Shown here in pieces: positions 26,201 through 38,200 of a DNA stretch of 64,000 bases. Source of the stretch: an uncultured bacterium. GTDB taxonomy: Bacteria > Acidobacteriota > Thermoanaerobaculia > Multivoradales > JAHZIX01. Both the position numbers and the translations under genes were made by a program. Every line of letters starts with the position of its first letter. Positions within the stretch are counted from its first letter, which is position 1. The notes below the pieces were generated by a model. It was not told where the DNA came from. It saw nothing but the letters and a program-made list of their open reading frames with translations, and made no database searches. The stretch covers positions 1 through 64,000 of the forward strand of contig CBDUPA010000019.1 in the NCBI GenBank assembly GCA_965368975.1. The letters run 5' to 3'.

Positions 26201-29200
26201 GCCGAGCGTGCCAGACGACCGAGCACGACCTGGAAGGCCGCCAGGGCGGTCATGAAGGGCGTGGTTCCGGCCTGTCGGCCCAATTCCAGCAGTGGCTGCG
26301 CTAGCTCCGGCCCGAGGACCTCGAGCCACTCCGCTCCGCGGTCGGTCAAGACTGCCGGACGTGGCCGATCGATTGGCAGTTCGAGCACCGGCAACTGGCC
26401 CTCGGCGTCGGTCAACCGCTGGCGCCAGAAGTCGACCTCGGCTTGCAGGCGCGACCCGGTGAGCCAGCCTCGCTGCCAGATCGCATAGTCGGCGTACTGT
26501 AGCGGTAGCGCCTCCAAGCCAGAACCGTCTGCACCCGAGCTGGTACCGGCTGCGACCCCGTCTCGAACAAGAGCACGAGCAGCGTGGTAACCGGAGGTCA
26601 GCTCGCGCACCAGCACGCCCGACGACCAGCCATCGCTGATCACGTGATGCTGGTTGAGCAGCAAGGCGTGCGCGTCGCGCGACAGGCGCAACAGCGCCGC
26701 GCGCAGCAGAGGACCACGGGCCAGGTCGAAGGGCCGCCGGGCGTGCCGCTGTGCCAGATTCTCCGCCAGTCCCGTCGCCAGCCCGTCAGCGCCGGTCACC
26801 CGGCTCAGATCGACACACGGCAGCAGTGAGCGCGCCGCCGACCTCGACAGCGGAGCGGCGACCACCTGCATGGGCACGCCGTCGACGACCTGGAAGCGGG
26901 TGCGCAGACTCTCGTGCCGCGCTACCAGCGCCGCCAAGGAGTCCGCCAGGGCCCGCAAGTCCAGGTCTCCACCCAGGCGCAGAGCGCTGGGGATGTTGTA
27001 GGCGGCGGACGTCGGATCCAGCCGGTGCAGGAACCACAGGCGCTGCTGGGCGAAGGAGACCGGCAGCGGCTCCGAGTGACGACCCGAAGTGCTGTCGAGC
27101 CACTGGCGTGGTTGGGCCACCAGGGGTGGTGGCGAGGCACCGCCACCGCGACGCAGGGCGTCGACCGCCGCGGCCTGCGCGGCCAGCGTCGGCGCATCGA
27201 AGACGGTGCGCACCGGCACTTCAACGTCGAGCGTCCCCGTGAGCCGGTTCACCAGCCGGGTGGCGACCAGCGAATGGCCGCCCAGCTCGAAGAAGTCGGC
27301 AGCGCGGTCCAGTGGCCGCTCGGCGTCGAGGCCCAAGAGTTCGCCCCACAGCTCGGCCACCAACTCCTCCATCGGCGTCACCGGGCCACTGCCGGCGGAC
27401 GCGGCCGTGGCCACCGGCAGCACTGCCAGTGCCCGCCGGTCCACCTTGCCGCTGGCCGTCTGCGGCAGAGAGTCCAGCGTCCCCAAGGACGCCGGCACCA
27501 TGTAGTCCGGCAAGCGCTGCGCCAGGAAGGAGCGCAGCTCGGAGGAGGTAGGTGCGCTGGCTCCTTCCGCCGCCACGACCCAGCCAGCCAGGCGCTTGCC
27601 GGCGGCACTGCCTGGGGTAATGCCAGCGGTAGTGTCGACAGCCACCACTGCCGCCGCCCGTAGCGCCGGATGAGCGCCGAGCACGGTCTCGATCTCCGCC
27701 AGCTCGATACGGAAGCCGCGGACTTTGACCTGGGCGTCGCGGCGGCCAACGAACTCGAGCTCGCCCTCGCCGCTCCAGCGCACGAGGTCACCGGTGCGGT
27801 ACAGCCGCTCACCGGCGGTGCCCCAGGCACGGCTCGCCATGTCGGGCACGAAGACCTCAGCGGTGCGCGCAGCCTGTCCCAGGTAGCCGCGCGCCAGCCC
27901 CTGGCCACCCAGCGTCAGTTCGCCGACCACGCCAAGCGGCAGGAGTCGCAGGCGACGATCGAGAACGACTGCACGGCTCCCGGGCAGGACGCGACCGATG
28001 GGCAGGGTCGTCGCGCCTGGCGGCACGCGCCAGCCGGTCGAATAGGTGGTGTCCTCCGACGGTCCGTAAAGGTTCCACAGCACCAGGCCGGGATGCTGCC
28101 GGTGCAGGCGTTCGGCCAGAGCATGCGGCAGTGCCTCGCCCGCCAGATTGACCGTGGTCACCGACGGCGGCAATCCGCCGGTATCGGAAGCGACCAGCTC
28201 GCTGAGCACCGACGGAACGGTGTTGACCAGTCGCACCCGAGGTGCCGCCAAGGCTGTCTTCAAGGCCAAAGCATCGCGCAGCAGCACCACCGTACCCCCC
28301 GCCGCCAGCGGCGCGAACAGCTCGAACACCGACAGGTCGAAACTCACCGACGTCGCCGCGGCCACCCCGGCCAGCTCGTGGGCACTGTAGGTCGACAACG
28401 CCCAGTCCACCAAGGCACGGCCGGCACCATGACGGATAGCGACACCCTTGGGCCGCCCGGTCGAACCGGAGGTGTAGAGAACATAGGCCAGGCGTCGTTC
28501 GTCCGCGGGCACCGGCAAGATCGAGCACAGCGGAGCTTCGGCGGAAGCCTCGGGAGAGGTCTGCGCCTCAGGCTCGAGAGCTTCCAGCAGCAGACAGCCC
28601 GCGTGCAGCTCGGTGGGCACGCGTTCCAGGGTCGCTGCTTCCGCCAGCACCACTGGCGCGGCCATGGATGCGGCCGCGTCCCGGGTCAGGCTGTCCTCGA
28701 CGATCCAGCGCAGGCGCTCGGCCGGATACGCCGGGTCCAAAGCCACGTAGACACCGCCGGCCGCCAGCACCCCGAGCAGGGCCTCGACCAGCCGTGGTGT
28801 GCGCCGCAAGCAGATAGCCACTCGCGTCTCGTCGTGGCACTCGACGCCAGCCTCGGCCAAGCGCGCCGCCAGCGCCAGGGCTCGGCGTGCCAGCTCGCCA
28901 TAGCTCAAGTGTTGGTGCCCGTGGACCAGGGCTATGCGCTCCGGCAACTCGGCACTGCGCAGGAAGAACGGGCTGTGCAGGCCGTTTTCGTCGCCCATTT
29001 CAGGAACCGGCGACAGGAGCTCCGGCGACGCGACGGGATGACTGCTCCACTCCACCAACAACTGCTGCCGCTCGGCGCTGGAAGGTTGATCCAGGGTTTC
29101 CAGCAGCGCGTCCGAAGCGTGTGCCAGCTCGGCCAGCAGGCGCTCGAAGCGGCCCGCCCAGCGACGCGCGGTGGTGGCATCGAACAGATCGGCGTTGTAG

Positions 29201-32200
29201 GCGAGCGTACCGGCCAGCCCATCGGGTGTCTCGACCAGGCTCCAGCTGAGCTCGAAGCGCGCCGGCGGGGCCCCCACGGACACAGTGCGCAGCGCCAGCG
29301 GCGCGTCGCCCTCCGCCGCCAGGCGCAACTCGGTCGGTGGCAGGTTCTGCAAGCTGAGCATGACCTGGAACAACGGCGTCCGGCGCGTATCGCGTGCGGG
29401 CTCCAGCTCCTCCACCAACCTCTCGAAGGGGACCTCCTGGTGCGCAAAGGCCTCCAGCGTGCGCGCGCGGGCCTGAGTCAGCAGCGCGCCAAAGGTGCGC
29501 AGCCCTCGCAGCTCGCCGCGCAGCACCAGGTTGTTGACGAAGAAGCCGATCAGCCCTTCGATCTCCCACCGGTCGCGACCGGCGGACGGGGTGCCAATGG
29601 TGAGATCGTCCTGACCCGACGTGCGTGCCAGCAACACCTGCAGGGCCGCCAGCAAGACCATGAAGAGGGTGGCACCCTGGTCTCGAGCGAGTCGCCGCAG
29701 CGCATCGGTGACAGCCATCGGTAGTACCACCGGAATGTGGCCACCGCGACTGGTCACCAGCGCCGGCCGTGGCCGGTCCGTCGGCAACTCCAGCGCGCTG
29801 GAGCCGCTCAAGCGCCGCCGCCACAGGTCGAGTTCCTGGACCAGCACGTCCGGCGTCAAACGCTGCCGCTGCCAGGTGGCGTAGTCGGCGTATTGAAGGG
29901 CCAGCGGTGGCAAGGCGCGCTGCTGGTACAGGTCGCTCAGCTCGCGCACCAGCACACTGGTCGACCAGCCATCGGTGATGATGTGGTGCAGGGTCAGCAC
30001 GACCGCGTGATCGTCGTCGCCCAGGCACAGGAACAGCACGCGCAGCAAGGGTCCGCGCTTCAAATCAAAGGGCGCAAAGGCCTCGCGCGCGACCAGGTCC
30101 GGCAGTAAGGCTTCGACAACCGAGGCATCCCGCCGGCCGAGGCCAGACAGGTCGAGGCTGCGCAGGCCCAGACGAACCCGCGGGCTGATCATCTGCAGCG
30201 GCTCGCCTTCCGCACGCTTCCCAGCGGAGACCGCGACCGTAAACGTGGTGCGCAGGCTTTCATGACGCGTCACCAGCGCCGCCAGGCTGGCGAGCAGCCT
30301 GTGGCGGTCGAGGGGACCTTGCAGGCGCAGGGCGGCCGGAACGTTGTAGGCCCCGGAACCGGGCAGCAGCTGGTCGAGCAACCACAGGCGTCCTTGCGCC
30401 AGGGATGCCGGCGGCGGCGTCAGGGGGATACCGGCGGTGTCGCGGGGCAGGGGCTTCAAGGGCACGTCCAAGCGCGCGTCTCGATCCGTCCCGCCCGTCT
30501 GCTGTGAGACCGTCTGCTGTGAGACCGTCTGCTGCGCGACCCTCTGCTGCGTGATCCACGACGCCAGACGGGCCGGCGTCGGAGCCTCGAACAGGGCTCG
30601 CACCGGCAGCTCGACGTCGAGCAGCGTGCGCAAGCGGGCCACGGCTTGTGTCGCCAGCAGCGAATGGCCGCCGAGCTGGAAGAAGTCGGCATCGCGGCTG
30701 ACGGTCTCGCTACCGAGCAATTGCGCCCACACCCCGGCGATCAGTTCTTCCGTCGGTGAGGCCGCCGACGGTGCCAGCAATGCTGCCTCGGCGTCCCCGA
30801 CGGTCGGCCCCGCATCGGCGGGCAAGGCGCGCGCCGCCAGGGCTCGGCGATCGAGCTTGCCGGCGACGGTGCGCGGAAGCACGTCGAGGAGCACCAGGTG
30901 ACTGGGGATCAGCGCCGTCGACAGCCGCTCGGCCAAGAAGGCCCGCAGGATGTTCGGCTCCAGGGGTGCCGCGTCCGTCCGGGCCCTGGCGATCCATGCC
31001 ACCAAGCGATCCGCTGCGTCCCCGCCACGACGCGCGCCGCCTCGTTCACCACGGAGTTCAACGACCGCCCGACGCACCAGCGGATGGGCTTCCAGCGCCG
31101 CCTCGATCTCGCCCAACTCGACGCGCAGACCGCGCACCTTGACCTGGTGGTCGATGCGGCCGAGGAACTCCAGCTCGCCGTCCGCGCGCCAGCGCACCAG
31201 GTCGCCGCTGCGGTACAGGCGTGCACCGACGATGCCTTGGGCCCCACTCGCCGGGTCGGGAACGAAGCGTTCGGCAGTCAGCGCCGGACGTCGCAGATAG
31301 CCGCGCGCGACGCCGGCACCAGCGATCCCCAGCTCACCGATGGCCCCCAACGGTACCGGTGTGCCGTGGCGACCCAGCACGCGCAAGGCGACGTGCGCCA
31401 GCGGCCGGCCGAGGGACGGCTGATCACCGCTGACCCGCCGCACCGTCGCATCCACCGTCGTTTCCGTTGGACCGTACACGTTGAAGGTCGCAGTAAAGGT
31501 CGCAGTGAAGGGTGCAGTGCCGCCACGCGCCGAGAGCTGCGCCAGGTGTCGCCACAGCTCGGGCGCCAGGGCTTCACCACCGACCAGCAAGCGGCGCAGC
31601 CTCGGCAAGCGCGCCACTGCGTCCAGCGTCAAGCTCAACCAGCTGGGCGTCGCATCCACCGCCTCGACACCGTCGCGGGCCAGCCAGTCCGCCCAGGCCG
31701 CCGGATCGCGGCGCGCCTCGTCGCCGGCCAGGCACAGCGTGTGCCCCTCCGCCAGCTGCAACCACTGCTTCACCGATGCGTCGAACACCGCCGCTGCGGT
31801 CATGCCGACACGCAGGCCCGCCTCGGCATCGGCATAGACCGGAGCGCGCAAACCACGCAGCAACTCGAGGACACTGCCCTGCACCACCGAAACGCCCTTC
31901 GGGCGGCCGGTCGAGCCGGAGGTGTAGAGCACGTAGGCCAGGCTCTCGGGCACCAGGGCTGGCAGGCCTTCGAGGGGAGCCTCCATCGCATTCGCCTCGG
32001 CCAGCGTCAGCACCGGCACTGTGTCCCTGGCGTCGGCAGTGTCCCCGGCCGGTGATCGGTCCGTCAGCAGCACCACCGGCGCGGCCTCGTGCAACACATC
32101 GCGTCGACGTGCCGAGGGCCAGCCGGCATCGACGGGAACGAACGCGCCGCCAGTGCGCAGCACGGCTAGGATCGCCAGTGGCAGCTCCAGGCGTCGACCC

Positions 32201-35200
32201 AGCTCCAGGGCGACGAGCCTCTCTGGCCCGGCACCCCGCTGCCTCAACACGGCCGCCAGGGCAGCGGTTCGACGCTCCAGCTCGCCGAAACTGAGGCAAC
32301 GACGGCCGCGCACCACGGCCACGGCATCGGGTCGCCGTGCCGCCTGGGCCTGGAAAAGGGCAGAGACCGAGGTGAAGCCCTGAGGCACTCCAAGCTCCAC
32401 CTGAGTCGACGGCCAGCCACCCCACTCGTGCAGCACCTGCTGGCGCTCGGCCGGGCTCCACCACTGCAAGCTCCACAGATCACCCTCGGGAGACGCCAGC
32501 AGCTCGCTCAGGAGCCGTGGCAGCGCCGCCGCCAGGCGCTGGGCGGTGCTGGCATCGTAGAGACCGGCATCGTAGGTCAAGGCTCCCGCCAGCTCTTCGT
32601 CCACTGTGCCCGGTGCCTCGACCAGCACCCAGCTGAGATCGAAGCGTGCCGCCGCAGGCCCGCTGTCGACAGGGGTCCAGCGAGTCTCGCCCGGCTGCTC
32701 GCCGAGTTGCAATTGGGCACGCGGCTGATTCTGCACATTCAGCATCACCTGGAAGAGCGGCGGTCGATCCAGGTCACGCTCGGTTTCCAGCCTCTCGACC
32801 AGCTGCTCGAAGGGCACGTCTTGGTGCGCGAACGCCTCCAGGCTGCGCTCCCGGGATTGTGCCAGCAGCTGCACGAAGCTCGTACCTACCGGCAGCACGC
32901 CGCGCAGCACCAGGGTGTTGATGAAGAAACCGATCAAGCCTTCCAGCTCGCTGCGACCGCGGCCCGCCACGGCAGTACCGACGGTGAGATCGTGCTGATC
33001 CGCCAGGCGTGCCAGCAGCGTTTGCAAAGCAGCCAACAAGCCCATAAAGACCGTACCGCCGCGCTCGCGCACGAAGGCACGCAGCGCGGCCGTGGTGGTC
33101 GCGGGAATGGTCAACGGCACGCTGCCACCCCGACTGGTATCCCGCTTGGCACGCTGACCGCTTCGCGGCCGGTCGGTCGGTAGTTGCAATGACTGCAGGC
33201 CGGCCAGGCGCTGTTGCCAGACCGCCAGGTGCTGCTCGAGCTGTGCGCCGCCGAGGTGGCGGTCCTGCCAGGCCGCGAAGTCGGCGTACTGCACCGGCAG
33301 CGGTGCCAGGACGGCTTGACGTTCGGATGTCGCAGCCTGGTACAGCGCGCCCAGTTCGCGCACCAGGATACCCATCGACCAACCGTCGGTGACGATGTGG
33401 TGCAGCGTCAGAACCGCCACGTGGTCGTCCGTCTGCAGCCTCAGAAGACGCAGACGCAGCAGCGGTCCCACGGCCAGGTCGAAAGGACGCGCACGCTCAC
33501 GCGCCACCAGGTCGCTCACCAGGGTTTGACGCACATCGTCGGCGATTCGCGTCACGTCGACCAGGGTCGGGGCCAATGAGTCAGCCAGCGAGCCAGCTTG
33601 CTCGGTGGCGGACTGCACCACCTGCACCGGCTCTCCCTCGGCACTCTGCGTGAAGACTGTGCGCAGACTCTCGTGCCGCACCACCAGGGCCTGTAGCGCG
33701 GACGCCAGGGCCGCCAGGACCAGCGGTCCTTCCAAGCGCAGAGCGGCGGCGATGTGGTAGGCAGGCGAGCCCGGCAGCAGACGGTCGAGCAACCACAGAC
33801 GACGTTGCGCGATCGAGGCCGGCACCGGCGCCAGCAGCCTTCCCGCGCGGTCGCGAGGCAAGGGCTCGATCGCAGGCAGCGCCGCCGTGGTGTTTTGCTG
33901 CGCGGACAGCCAGCGGCTCAGGCGTGCCGGGGTCGGGTGTTCGAATAGCACCGGCAGCGGCACCTCGACGCCGAGCACGGTGCGCAGCCTGGCAACCGCC
34001 CGCATGGCCAGCAGCGAGTGACCACCGAGTTCGAAGAAATCACCGTCTGCGGCCACCGGCATTTGCAGCTCTAGCACGTGTGCCCAGGCGTCGGCGACCA
34101 GCTCCTCGAGCGGCGAGCGTTCGCCGGCTGGCATTGCTCGTTCGGAGCCTCCCTCCTCAGCCAACGACGGGCCAGCCAGCGATAGGGCCGCCAGCGCTTG
34201 CCGGTCCACCTTGCCGCTGACGTTCACCGGCAGCGCCTCCAGGACCGAGATGTGCGACGGCACCAGGTGCGCCGGCAGCTCTTCCCTCAGAGCTTCGCGC
34301 AGCGCCGAGCCCAGACCCGAGCCCAGACCCGAGTTCAGCCCACCTCCATCAGTCTGGTCGCTTTCCACCCAGGCCACTAGCTGTGCCGCCTCGCCTTGCC
34401 CGCGCAGCTGCGCCACCGCGCGCCGGGCCTGCGGCTGGCGTTCGAGAGCCGCTTCGACTTCTCCGAGTTCGACCCGGAAACCGCGCACCTTCACCTGCAT
34501 GTCGAGACGGCCGAGGAAGTCCAGGCTGCCGTCGGCACGCCAGCGCACCAGGTCTCCGGTGCGGTACTCGCGCGCGCCGTCGCCACCACGTGCGGCCGGC
34601 ACGAAGGCGGCAGCGGTCAAGGCGGGCTGTCCGCGGTAGCCACGAGTCACCTGTGGACCGCTCACCCGCAGCTCACCGGCCACGCCAACGGGTACCGAGG
34701 CCCCCGTACGGTCAACAACCTCCAGGCCGACACCATCCAGGGGATAGCCGATCGGCAACACGTCGCCGCCCCGGTAATGCCAAACACTAGCGCAGATGGT
34801 CGTCTCGGTGGGACCGTAGCCGTTGATCAACCGCCGCCCGACAGCCCAGACTGCAGCCACCGACGGCGGGCAGGCCTCGCCGGCCGTGATCACCGTGCGC
34901 AGCGCCGGCCAGCTCGCGGCTCGCGGTGCCAGCGCCGCCAGCAAGGACGGCGGCAGAATCGCTGCACTGATCTGCTGCCGCGCCAGCAAGGCCTCGAGAC
35001 CGGACGCACCACCGCTGGGCAGCAGCTGCTCGCGCGGCGCCAGTACCAGGGTCGCACCGGTGGTCAGAGTCATCGCCACCTCGGCCGCCGCGGCGTCGAA
35101 CGACAGGGCGGCGAATTGCAGCACCCGATCCGCAGGTTGCAGGTCGAAAGCGGCCCGCATCGCGACCGCCAGGCGGCCATAGCCGCGGTGCGGCACCACG

Positions 35201-38200
35201 ACGCCCTTGGGCCGTCCGGTCGAACCGGAGGTGTAGATCAGGTACGCGGGATTCGCCAGATCCAGTTCCACCGACGTTACTGCAGGCTCTGCAGTTCCAT
35301 CTTCGAGCCAGGCAGAGAGGGTTCGCGCGGGCGCCTCCGCCTCGACCTGGGACGCAACGCCGTGGCGGTCGGTCAGCACCAGCTCCGCTCCCGCGTCGCG
35401 CACCATCAGAGCCAGTCGGGAACCCGGATAGGCGCGGTCCAGCGGAAGGTAGGCGGCGCCCGCCTGCAGCACGCCGAACAACGCCAGCATCAGCTCCGTG
35501 GAACGTTCGAAGCACAGGCCCACCACGCTCTCTGGCCCTATTCCCTCGCGCGTCAGGCGATCCGCCAGGACGCGGCCTCGCCGCACCAGCTCACCGTAGC
35601 TCAGGTGCTGCCTGCCAGCCGCCACGGCCACCGCTTCCGGATGCCGCGCGGCAACGACCGCCACCTGCGCATGTACCGGCGGCGGGTCTACCACCTCACT
35701 GGCCAGCCTCGTCTCGGTCATCAACCGAGCCTGACCGCTCCACTCCCAGAGCAGCTGATGGTGCTCGGCGGAGCCCAGCCACGGCACACCGTGCAGAGCC
35801 GTCCCAGGCTGCTCCACCAGCCGCGCCAACCAGTGCTCGAAGCGCCGTACCAGACGCTGCGCGGAGGTGGCGTCGTAGAGGTCGGCGTTGTAGCTCAGGG
35901 CACCGTTGAGCACCGGCTCGCCGCTCTCATCCACCGTCTCGCCGAAGGTCCAGGCGAGCTCGAAACGTGCCGGCGGCACCCCGGTACCCAACCACTCCAA
36001 CTGCACCTCGTCCTCCAGCTGCAGCTGCGATCGCGGCACGTTCTGCAGCGCCAGCATGACCTGGAACAGCGGTGAGCGGCTCGGATCCCGGGCCGGCTCC
36101 AGCTCCTCCACCAGTCGCTCGAAGGGCACAGCCTGGTGAGCAAAGGCTTCCAGCGTGCGCTGCCGGGCCTGGGTCAGCATGTCAGCAAACGTCGCACCCG
36201 GTGGCAGCTCGGCGCGCAACACCAGCGTGTTGACGAAAAAGCCGATCAGGCCCTCGACTTCCTGCCGATCGCGGCCGGCCACCGGCGTGCCGACGGTGAG
36301 ATCGTCCTGATCCGCCAGCCGCGCCAGCAGCATCTGCAGAGCGGCCAGCAACGCCATGAAGAGCGTCACGCCGTGCTCTCGGCAGACCCTGTGCAGCGCC
36401 GCCAGCACCGGTGACGGGACGCTCAGCGCCTGCAGTCCACCGCGCTGCGTCGCGACGCTGGGCCGCGGCCGATCGGTCGGCAGCTGTAGCGGCCTGACCT
36501 CGGCCATCCCCGCTTGACCTAACCGTTGGCGCCAGAAGTCGAGATGCCGCTGCATGCCGTCACCGCTCAACCAGCGGTGCTGCCAGGCGGCGAAGTCCGC
36601 GTACTGCAAGGGCAGAGGCGGCAGCTCGCGCTGGGCATAGAAGTCGCTCAACTCGCGCACCAGGATGCCGGTGGACCAGCCGTCGGTGACGATGTGGTGC
36701 AGAGTCAGCACTGCCGCCAGGCTGTGCGCGGCCAGCGGCAGCAGCAGAACACGCAGCAAGGGGCCGCGGTGTAACTCGAAGGGCCGTGCCGCCTCGGTCT
36801 GCACCAAGGCCGCGAGCTGGGCCTCTCGGTGCGCAGGCTGCAGGCGGGTGAGATCGACGCAGCTCAGCCCGGTGCTGGCGTCTGCCGAGATCTGCTGCAC
36901 CGGATCTCCGTTGGCCTGCACCGCGAAGGTGGTGCGCAGGGTCTCGTGGCGCGCCACCACCTGGGCCAGGGCCGATAGCAGGCGACGGCGGTCGAGCGGG
37001 CCTTCGAAACGCAGGGCCACCGGCATGTTGTAGGCTGAGCTCGCGGGCTGGAGCTGGTCGAGCAGCCACAGCCGGCGCTGCGCGAACGACAGCGGCGGCG
37101 CGTCCAGCGGCACACCGCGACTGTCCCGCGCGAGGGCTTCCAGAGGCGCCGTGACGGCGGCGGGACCGAGGCCGGCCACGCGACGCGCCAGGGCTGCCGG
37201 GGTCGGGGCTTCGAAGAGCATCGCCACCGGCACCTCGACGCCGAGCAGCGTGCGCAAGCGAGCTGTGGCGCGGGTCGCCAGCAATGAGTGCCCACCGAGG
37301 TCGAAGAAGTCGGCGTCGCGCGCCACCAGTCCTGAACCCAACTCGGCACCCAGCAACTCGGCACCCAGCAATTCGGCCCAGACACCGGCGATCAGCTCCT
37401 CGGTCGGCGACACCGCCGGCTCGGCCAACGACACCACGCTCGCCGGATGCACGGCCGGCAGATCGTGCCCGGACAGCGCGCGTCGGTCGACCTTGCCGGC
37501 GACCGTGCGCGGCAGGGCTTCCAGTTCGACCAGGCGTGCCGGGCTCAAGGCTGCCGGCAGACGCTCGGCGAGGAAGGCGCGCAGCTCGTCGACGTCCACG
37601 CGGACGTCTCCCGCGGCCTCCAGCCACGCCACCAGGAAAGCTCGGTCCCCTTCGCCGCGCAGTTCGACCACCGCACGCTGGACGTCGGGATGCGCCTCCA
37701 GGGCCGCCTCGATCTCGCCCAGCTCGACGCGCAGACCGCGTACTTTGACCTGGTGATCCAGCCGGCCCAGGAACTCCAGTTCACCATCGGCGCGCCAGCG
37801 CGCCAGATCGCCGGTGCGGTAGTGACGCGCGCCGGGATCGGCCAGCGGATCGGGCTGGAACTTGGACGCGGTCAGCGCCGGCCGTCCCAGGTAGCCCCGG
37901 GCCACGCCGTGGCCCCCGATCACCAGCTCACCGGCGGCGGCCAGCGGCACTGGCTGCGCCGCGCGCCCGAGGATCTGCAAGCTGACGTGCGCCAGCGGTC
38001 GCCCGAGCACGGGTACGCTGCCGGCAACCCGGCGCACAGTGGCATCGACCGTGGCTTCGGTAGGTCCATAGACGTTGAAAGCCCGCCAGTCGCGCCGCGA
38101 CGCCAGCCAACGCCAGGGCTCGTGAGAGATCGCTTCTCCGCCCAACAACAGGAAGCGCGGTCGGGCAAACTCCGCTGGCGACAGCGAGGTGCTCGCCTGC

